The notes beneath the pieces are model-generated. The model was not told the DNA's origin. It searched no databases and saw only the letters and a list, made by a program, of their open reading frames with translations. 64,000 nucleotides of DNA from Balanoglossus misakiensis (taxonomy: Eukaryota; Animalia; Hemichordata), in NCBI GenBank assembly GCA_040954595.2, contig CM082584.2:1705344-1769343 (forward strand). Direction: 5' to 3'. Made by a program: the position numbers and the translations under genes. The stretch's first letter is position 1, and the number at the start of each line of letters is the position of its first letter. Positions 27,891 to 42,200 of the stretch are shown here, in pieces.

Positions 27891-30800
27891 TACATCCTAA
27901 GTATCTTTTTTTCACACCAGAAGACAATGCACAGTTGTCGATAAATCGAGGCAGAAGAAATGTGCCGACAGCGCAAATTGCCGTTTTTTCGCTCTGTTTC
28001 GTCGATTTTCACAACTTCAAACTAATTAAACTTTGCTCCGCGTTGGCCGAGAGGTCTTAAATTTTACCCATCCAACAAACAACAAAACAAAAGTTTGTAG
28101 TCAATAAAGTGTTCCTAGAGCGAATAAACATTGATTCAATTCAATCCAAGTCATCATGAATTTGATCAAATTTTCTAAACATAGACAGATCAAGAGTCCA
28201 ACACTGTCCATGCACCAAATTGAACAGCTGGTCGCGGAGATAAAATGTTTTGTTGTATATTTAGGGGTCCGTATTTTGACTCGTTGCTTTGCAACTCGTC
28301 AAAATACGGACATCACGAGAATGCGTCGCGTTATCGACCAAAATTCGTGTAATAACCCATTATCATACATGCCTACCTATAAAACAGTACGATTTGCGAA
28401 AATGCGCCGAGAAAAACTATTTCAAATTTGAACGGGCGCCCTGGGATCACGGCAGTAGCCATGTTGTGACGTATGACGTGTGGGCCGTAGTATCATTTTA
28501 AGGGGGTTGGCAGCTTTCACTACGATGGGCACATCCGCATTCAAAATAAAATTGTCTACGTTCTCTTTCAAACTATCATGTTAACAATTATTTTGCATTG
28601 AGAATTTCGAAGAAGTAAAAATGATACATTCAACATGGCAAAACAGCCAACTTTGAAAACATTATTATAGCTTCTAATAACCGAATTTTACAACACTGCT
28701 CTCCACTAGCGTCCTATGCCCCTTACGTCGCTCGCACGCGCAGCGAACTGTCGTGCCGAGCGTTCTCAAAAATAGTTCGAGACGCGGAGTGAAGATATAT
28801 TGCACTCAGTGTAATACCGTAAAATATCTTCGGGACGAGAACAATAGAAAGTGCCAAATACGGGCGTTGCATGTATGATAAAACAAAATATCCTACAAAA
28901 TATAAAAGTTTTGAATTACCTATAATTTGATTCCATTATAATTCTAAATAAGCCAATCCTATTAACTTAAATTTTAAAGTAATCAGCCTTACACTTTCTG
29001 GGAAATATAATTTTTCAAAATTGGAAAATATGCCCCCAAAATACAAGATATTGCCCACACAAAAGATTGACACTTTCATCATTGGTTTTGTAAATTATCA
29101 TGACAACTCAGGAAGGAACCTTTAAATCAAATTTGAAAGCAATGGAGTAGAGGGTTCTGAGAATGAATTTTGAACAAAAATGGTTAAAATCACCACAAAA
29201 ATATACTATTGAATTCTTCAAGTTGATTTGAACATGCATGCAAATTTCCAAAGCGATCTTACGAGCGGTTTTACAGGAAAAAAATGATCAAAAATGTAAA
29301 AATTGCTCCAAAATTATAATTATGCAAATTTTGCAGCAATTTAAACAAAACTTTAGTATCTCAGATCACCTATATGAAGCTCCATACTAAATTTCAAAGC
29401 GGTGGGCTGATTAATTCCAGAAAGTAGGTTTTATTACCAAATATGTGGAAAAAGACAAAATATGCATAAAAAATGGAAAATTCACAGTATTAGCTCAAAA
29501 CATACAGAATCATTATGACCAGTGGTTGTTGATTTTCTGAGTTTTGACCAAATTTAGGTTTTTCCCTGATAATTTACATATTTTGGGCAATGACAACTTT
29601 GTTTGAACAAACTCCCATCTACAGCCCGGTATGCATCTACACAACAAATATCGAGGTTGTACGCGCAGCGGTTTTCAAGTTTTTGATGTGGACGGACATA
29701 CACCCATACATCCATACAGATGCAACCAATCTCATAAGGTCCCAATCAAACAGAACATACTGTTCATCACAATTGTCTTCTGATTGGAATCTACGCTGGA
29801 AAAAGCAACAACAAATACTGATCCTCACCTGAAATCAAAGAGACAGACAAAAGCACTTATTTTGTCAGAATATTTATTTTATGTATGCAAAAATCCTAAC
29901 ATGACATTTCTGTCTACTTGTTTAGCATGCTGGGAAAATTGTTAGAATAAAAATATTAAAGATATTTCTTCCTTATACTGCATATAATATCTAAATACTG
30001 TAGCAGTCTTGAAAGTACAATGAAATGTTTGTCAAAAGCTCTTCTTAAGGACTGCGTAACATACAGAACTCTCAGTACAAAAAAGCAATATGTGGAAAAT
30101 ACCAACTTAGCATCTTATGCAATATGAAAGCTATGGAGGAATGGCATCCCCTTCAGCACTATACATGATTCTACAGCCTCATGGGGTCATTATTCACACA
30201 CACATAAAATGAATGGCTGATTACATGAAATATTTTCGAAAGTTGTCACAGAAGGCTCTTGTTTTTGTTAACATAAAATGATAGGAAATTCAAGAAACGT
30301 AGAAAGCAATGACATGTGAATATTGATATTAAAAATGTGATTTTAATAATATGGCAACTATGGTCACTTCCATATAACAGACTATATTTCTTAACATGCA
30401 TGTAATAGTTTGATTCTAACATGCTTGTCACGCTGTTCACCAAACACAAAACACACCAAAGTGGTTTATATGTTTCACAAGACATATGCCTATAACAGGG
30501 ACATCATCAGTTCATACGTATGGCCAGTCTGGCTACAGAGGTGAACTGACAAAGTATATGCATGGGATTCTTTTATATCCTGTTGGTCACGTGACCAGTT
30601 TATATATTTTCTGCTATTTCCCTAGAGGGATTCATAGTCGATTCTATTTTCTTATCACGTGACGGATTCTGGTGAATCATGACACAGTGTTAGCATGATG
30701 TATGTTATAAATACACATATTACATACATACCGGTATTCAAATGAACTAATGGTTCTGTCCAAATCCATTGTTTCTGTTGGAAAAGTTGGATGTCTACAC

Positions 30801-33800
30801 AGGGAACTGGGGGTGAAAGGTGAGAGTGCTAAGAAAAAAGGCTGATGGTGATTTTCCATTATAATCTAACCTGTATACATGTGTGTGCTTAATCTTTCCC
30901 AATAATGCTGACACACAACAAGTTAATTGTTTTACAAAACTCTCCTTGAGAGTCAAATGAAGGCACCTGATATAAGCCCAACGACTTCATTCTTTTCCAC
31001 ACACCACTTTTCTCTTTTCATAGAGCTCCATTTCAAATTGTGTACACAAACAATGTCATTGTCACTGCCCAAGCCCAAACTTTCAAATTACAATGTGACA
31101 TTTCAAAACACTGTTAGACTTTCCAATGAAACATTAACTCTGGATCGGTATCCATTCAAATAAGTGACAGCCCCGGGGTTACATTGTTGTTAATTTTGTT
31201 ATAATGGTGATATTTAATTGTTTGGCTTTAACAAAAATTATGACATGGACGTATAAACGTGTTATGTCCACACATATGTCGTGAGTTCAGCTTCAATCTA
31301 ATTTCATAATAAATTATTCAACAACAAAAATAGAAAATGAACATCAAGAGCTAGTGACTTTGTGGCTTTCACAAGATAAATATACATTGCCCCATGCTAG
31401 AGTGTGATATTAACACGTCTTATACAATCTACAAATCTCTGTATATAACCAAACACATTCATTATAGCTGCATTAGTTGGGTCACAGATAATCTGGAACC
31501 AGATAGGCTGACCTGAGCAATTCATGTTTTTGCAAGTGTTGTATTGTCACTGTTATAGTGTGACTTCTTTGGTGTAATGCTCCAATGAACACACGAGTTT
31601 CAATTGGATAGATAAATGACCAATAACACAAAGTCTGTGATTGGGTAATACAAATGATTGGTATACAACTGGAATTTCTGACACTCAAAGAGCTGTCTAC
31701 TGCTCTCTTCCCTGAGGGAGCGATAGAGAGTAACTTTAGAGATACATTCTCCAATGATCAGGAGTTAATAAGGTATTAGTCTAGTATATACCTGTATTTT
31801 ATCTGCTTTGCTTTCAAAAAACTATGCATGCCACTGGCCAAATAAAGCATAATATCCCTTGCAGGGAATCGTGATGTAATTAGCATCCCTTTGAAGTCAA
31901 TCACGGACTTTGTTTTTCCAATGATTGGTCAAAGGATACATATGTGTGATTAAGGATTGGTACCATTTTAAATTTAAATTAGCCTTGCCTTTACTATAAC
32001 CTTACACACAATCGCCATTGTTCAGTTAATGTCAGTGACTTTAAGGCAGATGCTAGTTACATCACAATTCCCAGCAAGAGCTATCAGGCTTTATTGGGCC
32101 AGTGGCATGCATGACTCTTGATGTTAGTTTTGGAGGTGGAAAAAATATGGCTATATACTGTAAAACATGAAATTTTCGCAACGGGAAATTTTCATAATAT
32201 CAAATGTGGCAACTGTTATGCAACGATTAATTATGGCATTCTCGAATTTCAATTCATCATTATTTCTGAAAAACATGTTTACGCGACTTTTTAGTTTTCG
32301 TGTTTTTTTAGCACTTGCATGATTCGGGCGAATTTATCTCTCATGAAAATTTCCCATTTTACATACATCCTAAGTATCTTTTTTTCACACCAGAAGACAA
32401 TGCACAGTTGTCGATAAATCGAGGCAGAAGAAATGTGCCGACAGCGCAAATTGCCGTTTTTTCGCTCTGTTTCGTCGATTTTCACAACTTCAAACTAATT
32501 AAACTTTGCTCCGCGTTGGCCGAGAGGTCTTAAATTTTATCCCATCCAACAAACAACAAAACAAAAGTTTGTAGTCAATAAAGTGTTCCTAGAGCGAATA
32601 AACATTGATTCAATTCAATCCAAGTCATCATGAATTTGATCAAATTTTCTAAACATAGACAGATCAAGAGTCCAACACTGTCCATGCACCAAATTGAACA
32701 GCTGGTCGCGGAGATAAAATGTTTTGTTGTATATTTAGGGGTCCGTATTTTGACTCGTTGCTTTGCAACTCGTCAAAATACGGACATCACGAGAATGCGT
32801 CGCGTTATCGACCAAAATTCGTGTAATAACCCATTATCATACATGCCTACCTATAAAACAGTACGATTTGCGAAAATGCGCCGAGAAAAACTATTTCAAA
32901 TTTGAACGGGCGCCCTGGGATCACGGCAGTAGCCATGTTGTGACGTATGACGTGTGGGCCGTAGTATCATTTTAAGGGGGTTGGCAGCTTTCACTACGAT
33001 GGGCACATCCGCATTCAAAATAAAATTGTCTACGTTCTCTTTCAAACTATCATGTTAACAATTATTTTGCATTGAGAATTTCGAAGAAGTAAAAATGATA
33101 CATTCAACATGGCAAAACAGCCAACTTTGAAAACATTATTATAGCTTCTAATAACCGAATTTTACAACACTGCTCTCCACTAGCGTCCTATGCCCCTTAC
33201 GTCGCTCGCACGCGCAGCGAACTGTCGTGCCGAGCGTTCTCAAAAATAGTTCGAGACGCGGAGTGAAGATATATTGCACTCAGTGTAATACCGTAAAATA
33301 TCTTCGGGACGAGAACAATAGAAAGTGCCAAATACGGGCGTTGCATGTATGATAAAACAAAATATCCTACAAAATATAAAAGTTTTGAATTACCTATAAT
33401 TTGATTCCATTATAATTCTAAATAAGCCAATCCTATTAACTTAAATTTTAAAGTAATCAGCCTTACACTTTCTGGGAAATATAATTTTTCAAAATTGGAA
33501 AATATGCCCCCAAAATACAAGATATTGCCCACACAAAAGATTGACACTTTCATCATTGGTTTTGTAAATTATCATGACAACTCAGGAAGGAACCTTTAAA
33601 TCAAATTTGAAAGCAATGGAGTAGAGGGTTCTGAGAATGAATTTTGAACAAAAATGGTTAAAATCACCACAAAAATATACTATTGAATTCTTCAAGTTGA
33701 TTTGAACATGCATGCAAATTTCCAAAGCGATCTTACGAGCGGTTTTACAGGAAAAAAATGATCAAAAATGTAAAAATTGCTCCAAAATTATAATTATGCA

Positions 33801-35704
33801 AATTTTGCAGCAATTTAAACAAAACTTTAGTATCTCAGATCACCTATATGAAGCTCCATACTAAATTTCAAAGCGGTGGGCTGATTAATTCCAGAAAGTG
33901 GGTTTTATTACCAAATATGTGGAAAAAGACAAAATATGCATAAAAAATGGAAAATTCACAGTATTAGCTCAAAACATACAGAATCATTATGACCAGTGTT
34001 TGTTGATTTTCTGTGTTTTGACCAAATTTAGGTTTTTCCCTGATAATTTACATATTTTGGGCAATGACAACTTTGTTTGAACAAACTCCCATCTACAGCC
34101 GGTATGCATCTACACAACAAATATCGAGGTTGTACGCGCAGCGGTTTTCAAGTTTTTGATGTGGACGGACATACACCCATACATCCATACAGATGCAACC
34201 AATCTCATAAGGTCCCAATCAAACAGAACATACTGTTCATCACAATTGTCTTCTGATTGGAATCTACGCTGGAAAAAGCAACAACAAATACTGATCCTCA
34301 CCTGAAATCAAAGAGACAGACAAAAGCACTTATTTTGTCAGAATATTTATTTTATGTATGCAAAAATCCTAACATGACATTTCTGTCTACTTGTTTAGCA
34401 TGATGGGAAAATTGTTAGAATAAAAATATTAAAGATATTTCTTCCTAATACTGCATATAATATCTAAATACTGTAGCAGTCTTGAAAGTACAATGAAATG
34501 TTTGTCAAAAGCTCTTCTTAAGGACTGCGTAACATACAGAACTCTCAGTACAAAAAAGCAATATGTGGAAAATACCAATTTAGCATCTTATGCAATATGA
34601 AAGCTATGGAGGAATGGCGTCCCCTTCAGCACTATACATGATTCTACAGCCTCATGGGGTCATTATTCACACACACATAAAATGAATGGCTGATTACATG
34701 AAATATTTTCGAAAGTTGTCACAGAAGGCTCTTGTTTTTGTTAACATAAAATGATAGGAAATTCAAGAAACGTAGAAAGCAATGACATGTGAATATTGAT
34801 ATTAAAAATGTGATTTTAATAATATGGCAACTATGGTCACTTCCATATAACAGACTATATTTCTTAACATGCATGTAATAGTTTGATTCTAACATGCTTG
34901 TCACGCTGTTCACCAAACACAAAACACACCAAAGTGGTTTATATGTTTCACAAGACATATGCCTATAACAGGGACATCATCAGTTCATACGTATGGCCAG
35001 TCTGGCTACAGAGGTGAACTGACAAAGTATATGCATGGGATTCTTTTATATCCTGTTGGTCACGTGACCAGTTTATATATTTTCTGCTATTTCCCTAGAG
35101 GGATTCATAGTCGATTCTATTTTCCTATCACGTGACGGATTCTGGTGAATCATGACACAGTGTTAGCATGATGTATGTTATAAATACACATATTACATAC
35201 ATACCGGTATTCAAATGAACTAATGGTTCTGTCCAAATCCATTGTTTCTGTTGGAAAAGTTGGATGTCTACACAGGGAACTGGGGGTGAAAGGTGAGAGT
35301 GCTAAGAAAAAAGGCTGATGGTGATTTTCCATTATAATCTAACCTGTATACATGTGTGTGCTTAATCTTTCCCAATAATGCTGACACACAACAAGTTAAT
35401 TGTTTTACAAAACTCTCCTTGAGAGTCAAATGAAGGCACCTGATATAAGCCCAAAGACTTCATTCTTTTCCACACACCACTTTTCTCTTTTCATAGAGCT
35501 CCATTTCAAATTGTGTACACAAACAATGTCATTGTCACTGCCCAAGCCCAAACTTTCAAATTACAAAGTGACATTTCAAAACACTGTTAGACTTTCCAAT
35601 GAAACATTAACTCTGGATCGGTATCCATTCAAATAAGTGACAGCCCCGGGGTTACATTGTTGTTAATTTTGTTATAATGGTGATATTTAATTGTTTGGCT
35701 TTAA

Positions 35705-36298
35705 AGCCGCAGTATTTCTCGCAGGGGCAAAATTTTGTTTGAAACGGCATCTATAATTTCTAAAAGTAGATGATAATTGATACTGAATCGAACAGTCATC
35801 ATCCCCAGCTCTGCTCATAAACTCATACAATTTCCAATATAACGAGTGAAGAATGACTTTCTGTCCGGACAGAAAGTCACGTGAGTGTTGACACACGTGA
35901 CTAGTGCGCATGCGCACTCAAATGTGAATCTATGCGGAAGAGGTTTGGTCGCCCCAAATCAAGCGACTCAGCGAAGAAATGCGCACTAATTCGGCGAAAT
36001 TTTGGGAAGATAACTCTATGGGAGAAATCAGTCGATGGAACCAGATCAAATCCGAAAATGGTCTGACCATCAAAATGTCAAAGTGGCACGTTTGCTGATC
36101 GACATGTACAACATTTCCGTTGTAAACAAACCCGCGCATCATTTCAAGTGTTACGGGCAATATTTACAGCTTGCACGTAGCTACAGTTGCCCAAACCTTT
36201 CTTCTATCTTCATTATGTAGTATTCCATGATGAATGTACAGGAAAAACGGGCATTTTTCGATGATGAAAAATGGATACACACGAGAAATACTGGGGCT
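35705..36298. mobile_element. 594-bp non-autonomous DNA transposon, Kolobok-like (TTAA TSD, AG...CT ends)
   Basis: TTAA|AGCCGCAGTATTTCTCG ... CGAGAAATACTGGGGCT|TTAA (16/17 TIR match). The empty site GGCTTTAACAAAA is present in the other four units. Confidence 0.92.
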
Positions 36299-39200
36299 TT
36301 AACAAAAATTATGACATGGACGTATAAACGTGTTATGTCCACACATATGTCGTGAGTTCAGCTTCAATCTAATTCCATAATAAATTATTCAACAACAAAA
36401 ATAGAAAATGAACATCAAGAGCTAGTGACTTTGTGGCTTTCACAAGATAAATATACATTGCCCCATGCTAGAGTGTGATATTAACACATCTCTGTATATA
36501 ACCAAACACATTCATTATAGCTGCATTAGTTGGGTCACAGATAATCTGGAACCAGATAGGCTGACCTGAGCAATCCATGTTTTTGCAAGTGTTGTATTGT
36601 CACTGTTATAGTGTGACTTCTTTGGTGTAATGCTCCAATGAACACATGAGTTTCAATTGGATAGATAAATGACCAATAACACAAAGTCTGTGATTGGGTA
36701 ATACAAATGATTGGTATACAACTGGAATTTCTGACACTCAAAGAGCTGTCTACTGCTCTCTTCCCAGAGGGAGCGATAGAGAGTAACTTTAGAGATACAT
36801 TCTCCAATGATCAGGAGTTAATAAGGTATTAGTCTAGTTTATAGCTGTATTTTATCTGCTTTGCTTTCAAAAAACTATGCATGCCACTGGCCAAATAAAG
36901 CATAATATCCCTTGCAGGGAATCGTGATGTAATTAGCATCCCTTTGAAGTCAATCACGGACTTTGTTTTTCCAATGATTGGTCAAAGGATACATATGTGT
37001 GATTAAGGATTGGTACCATTTTAAATTTAAATTAGCCTTGCCTTTACTATAACCTTACACACAATCGCCATTGTTCAGTTAATGTCAGTGACTTTAAGGG
37101 GGATGCTAGTTACATCACAATTCCCAGCAAGAGCTATCAGGCTTTATTGGGCCAGTGGCATGCATGACTCTTGATGTTAGTTTTGGAAGTGGAAAAAATA
37201 TGGCTATATACTGTAAAACATGAAATTTTCGCAACGGGAAATTTTCATAATATCAAATGTGGCAACTGTTATGCAACGATTAATTATGGCATTCTCGAAT
37301 TTCAATTCATCATTATTTCTGAAAAACATGTTTACGCGACTTTTTAGTTTTCGTGTTTTTTTAGCACTTGCATGATTCGGGCGAATTTATCTCTCATGAA
37401 AATTTCCCATTTTACATACATCCTAAGAATCTTTTTTTCACACCAGAAGACAATGCACAGTTGTCGATAAATCGAGGCTGAAGAACTGTGCCGACAGCGC
37501 AAATTGCCGTTTTTTCGCTCTGTTTCGTCGATTTTCACAACTTCAAACTAATTAAACTTTGCTCCGCGTTGGCCGAGAGGTCTTAAATTTTACCCATCCA
37601 ACAAACAACAAAACAAAAGTTTGTAGTCAATAAAGTGTTCCTAGAGCGAATAAACATTGATTCAATTTAATCCAAGTCATCATGAATTTGATCAAATTTT
37701 CTAAACATAGACAGATCAAGAGTCCAACACTGTCCATGCACCAAATTGAACAGCTGGTCGCGGAGATAAAATGTTTTGTTGTATATTTAGGGGTCCGTAT
37801 TTTGACTCGTTGCTTTGCAACTCGTCAAAATACGGACATCACGAGAATGCGTCGCGTTATCGACCAAAATTCGTGTAATAACCCCTTTATCATACATGCC
37901 TACCTATAAAACAGTACGATTTGCGAAAATGCGCCGAGAAAAACAATTTCAAATTTGAACGGGCACCCTGGGATCACGGCAGTAGCCATGTTGTGACGTA
38001 TGACGTGTGGGCCGTAGTATCATTTTAAGGGGGTTGGCAGCTTTCACTACGATGGGCACATCCGCATTCAAAATAAAATTGTCTACGTTCTCTTTCAAAC
38101 TATCATGTTAACAATTATTTTGCATTGAGAATTTCGAAGAAGTAAAAATGATACATTCAACATGGCAAAACAGCCAACTTTGAAAACATTATTATAGCTT
38201 CTAATAACCGAATTTTACAACACTGCTCTCCACTAGCATCCTATGCCCCGTACGTCGCTCGCACGCGCAGCGAACTGTCGTGCCGAGCGTTCTCAAAAAT
38301 AGTTCGAGACGCGGAGTGAAGATATATTGCACTCAGTGTAATACCGTAAAATATCTTCGGGACGAGAACAATAGAAAGTGCCAAATACGGGCGTTGCATG
38401 TATGATAAAACAAAATATCCTACAAAATATAAAAGTTTTGAATTACCTATAATTTGATTCCATTATAATTCTAAATAAGCCAATCCTATTAACTTAAATT
38501 TTAAAGTAATCAGCCTTACACTTTCTGGGAAATATAATTTTTCAAAATTGGAAAATATGCCCCCAAAATACAAGATATTGCCCACACAAAAGATTGACAC
38601 TTTCATCATTGGTTTTGTAAATTATCATGACAACTCAGGAAGGAACCTTTAAATCAAATTTGAAAGCAATGGAGTAGAGGGTTCTGAGAATGAATTTTGA
38701 ACAAAAATGGTTAAAATCACCACAAAAATATACTATTGAATTCTTCAAGTTGATTTGAACATGCATGCAAATTTCCAAAGCGATCTTACGAGCGGTTTTA
38801 CAGGAAAAAAATGATCAAAAATGTAAAAATTGCTCCAAAATTATAATTATGCAAATTTTGCAGCAATTTAAACAAAACTTTAGTATCTCAGATCACCTAT
38901 ATGAAGCTCCATACTAAATTTCAAAGCGGTGGGCTGATTAATTCCAGAAAGTAGGTTTTATTACCAAATATGTGGAAAAAGACAAAATATGCATAAAAAA
39001 TGGAAAATTCACAGTATTAGCTCAAAACATACAGAATCATTATGACCAGTGGTTGTTGATTTTCTCCCATCTACAGCCCGGTATGCATCTACACAACAAA
39101 TATCGAGGTTGTACGCGCAGCGGTTTTCAAGTTTTTGATGTGGACGGACATACACCCATACATCCATACAGATGCAACCAATCTCATAAGGTCCCAATCA

Positions 39201-42200
39201 AACAGAACATACTGTTCATCACAATTGTCTTCTGATTGGAATCTACGCTGGAAAAAGCAACAACAAATACTGATCCTCACCTGAAATCAAAGAGACAGAC
39301 AAAAGCACTTATTTTGTCAGAATATTTATTTTATGTATGCAAAAATCCTAACATGACATTTCTGTCTACTTGTTTAGCATGATGGGAAAATTGTTAGAAT
39401 AAAAATATTAAAGATATTTCTTCCTAATACTGCATATAATATCTAAATACTGTAGCAGTCTTGAAAGTACAATGAAATGTTTGTCAAAAGCTCTTCTTAA
39501 GGACTGCGTAACATACAGAACTCTCAGTACAAAAAAGCAATATGTGGAAAATACCAATTTAGCATCTTATGCAATATGAAAGCTATGGAGGAATGGCGTC
39601 CCCTTCAGCACTATACATGATTCTACAGCCTCATGGGGTCATTATTCACACACACATAAAATGAATGGCTGATTACATGAAATATTTTCGAAAGTTGTCA
39701 CAGAAGGCTCTTGTTTTTGTTAACATAAAATGATAGGAAATTCAAGAAACGTAGAAAGCAATGACATGTGAATATTGATATTAAAAATGTGATTTTAATA
39801 ATATGGCAACTATGGTCACTTCCATATAACAGACTATATTTCTTAACATGCATGTAATAGTTTGATTCTAACATGCTTGTCACGCTGTTCACCAAACACA
39901 AAACACACCAAAGTGGTTTATATGTTTCACAAGACATATGCCTATAACAGGGACATCATCAGTTCATACGTATGGCCAGTCTGGCTACAGAGGTGAACTG
40001 ACAAAGTATATGCATGGGATTCTTTTATATCCTGTTGGTCACGTGACCAGTTTATATATTTTCTGCTATTTCCCTAGAGGGATTCATAGTCGATTCTATT
40101 TTCTTATCACGTGACGGATTCTGGTGAATCATGACACAGTGTTAGCATGATGTATGTTATAAATACACATATTACATACATACCGGTATTCAAATGAACT
40201 AATGGTTCTGTCCAAATCCATTGTTTCTGTTGGAAAAGTTGGATGTCTACACAGGGAACTGGGGGTGAAAGGTGAGAGTGCTAAGAAAAAAGGCTGATGG
40301 TGATTTTCCATTATAATCTAACCTGTATACATGTGTGTGCTTAATCTTTCCCAATAATGCTGACACACAACAAGTTAATTGTTTTACAAAACTCTCCTTG
40401 AGAGTCAAATGAAGGCACCTGATATAAGCCCAAAGACTTCATTCTTTTCCACACACCACTTTTCTCTTTTCATAGAGCTCCATTTCAAATTGTGTACACA
40501 AACAATGTCATTATCACTGCCCAAGCCCAAACTTTCAAATTACAATGTGACATTTCAAAACACTGTTAGACTTTCCAATGAAACATTAACTCTGGATCGG
40601 TATCCATTCAAATAAGTGACAGCCCCGGGTTACATTGTTGTTAATTTTGTTATAATGGTGATATTTAATTGTTTGGCTTTAACAAAAATTATGACATGGA
40701 CGTATAAACGTGTTATGTCCACACATATGTCGTGAGTTCAGCTTCAATCTAATTTCATAATAAATTATTCAACAACAAAAATAGAAAATGAACATCAAGA
40801 GCTAGTGACTTTGTGGCTTTCACAAGATAAATATACATTGCCCCATGCTAGAGTGTGATATTAACACGTCTTATACAATCTACAAATCTCTGTATATAAC
40901 CAAACACATTCATTATAGCTGCATTAGTTGGGTCACAGATAATCTGGAACCAGATAGGCTGACCTGAGCAATCCATGTTTTTGCAAGTGTTGTATTGTCA
41001 CTGTTATAGTGTGACTTCTTTGGTGTAATGCTCCAATGAACACACGAGTTTCAATTGGATAGATAAATGACCAATAACACAAAGTCTGTGATTGGGTAAT
41101 ACAAATGATTGGTATACAACTGGAATTTCTGACACTCAAAGAGCTGTCTACTGCTCTCTTCCCTGAGGGAGCGATAGAGAGTAACTTTAGAGATACATTC
41201 TCCAATGATCAGGAGTTAATAAGGTATTAGTCTAGTATATAGCTGTATTTTATCTGCTTTGCTTTCAAAAAACTATGCATGCCACTGGCCAAATAAAGCA
41301 TAATATCCCTTGCAGGGAATCGTGATGTAATTAGCATCCCTTTGAAGTCAATCACGGACTTTGTTTTTCCAATGATTGGTCAAAGGATACATATGTGTGA
41401 TTAAGGATTGGTACCATTTTAAATTTAAATTAGCCTTGCCTTTACTATAACCTTACACACAATCGCCATTGTTCAGTTAATGTCAGTGACTTTAAGGCGG
41501 ATGCTAGTTACATCACAATTCCCAGCAAGAGCTATCAGGCTTTATTGGGCCAGTGGCATGCATGACTCTTGATGTTAGTTTTGGAAGTGGAAAAAATATG
41601 GCTATATACTGTAAAACATGAAATTTTCGCAACGGGAAATTTTCATAATATCAAATGTGGCAACTGTTATGCAACGATTAATTATGGCATTCTCGAATTT
41701 CAATTCATCATTATTTCTGAAAAACATGTTTACGCGACTTTTTAGTTTTCGTGTTTTTTTAGCACTTGCATGATTCGGGCGAATTTATCTCTCATGAAAA
41801 TTTCCCATTTTACATACATCCTAAGTATCTTTTTTTCACACCAGAAGACAATGCACAGTTGTCGATAAATCGAGGCTGAAGAACTGTGCCGACAGCGCAA
41901 ATTGCCGTTTTTTCGCTCTGTTTCGTCGATTTTCACAACTTCAAACTAATTAAACTTTGCTCCGCGTTGGCCGAGAGGTCTTAAATTTTACCCATCCAAC
42001 AAACAACAAAACAAAAGTTTGTAGTCAATAAAGTGTTCCTAGAGCGAATAAACATTGATTCAATTCAATCCAAGTCATCATGAATTTGATCAAATTTTCT
42101 AAACATAGACAGATCAAGAGTCCAACACTGTCCATGCACCAAATTGAACAGCTGGTCGCGGAGATAAAATGTTTTGTTGTATATTTAGGGGTCCGTATTT

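Noticed and set aside
35705-36298. piggyBac assignment for the TTAA elements (also 62527-63246)
   Set aside because: Termini are AG/GG rather than the CC(C/T) typical of piggyBac; Kolobok fits better.
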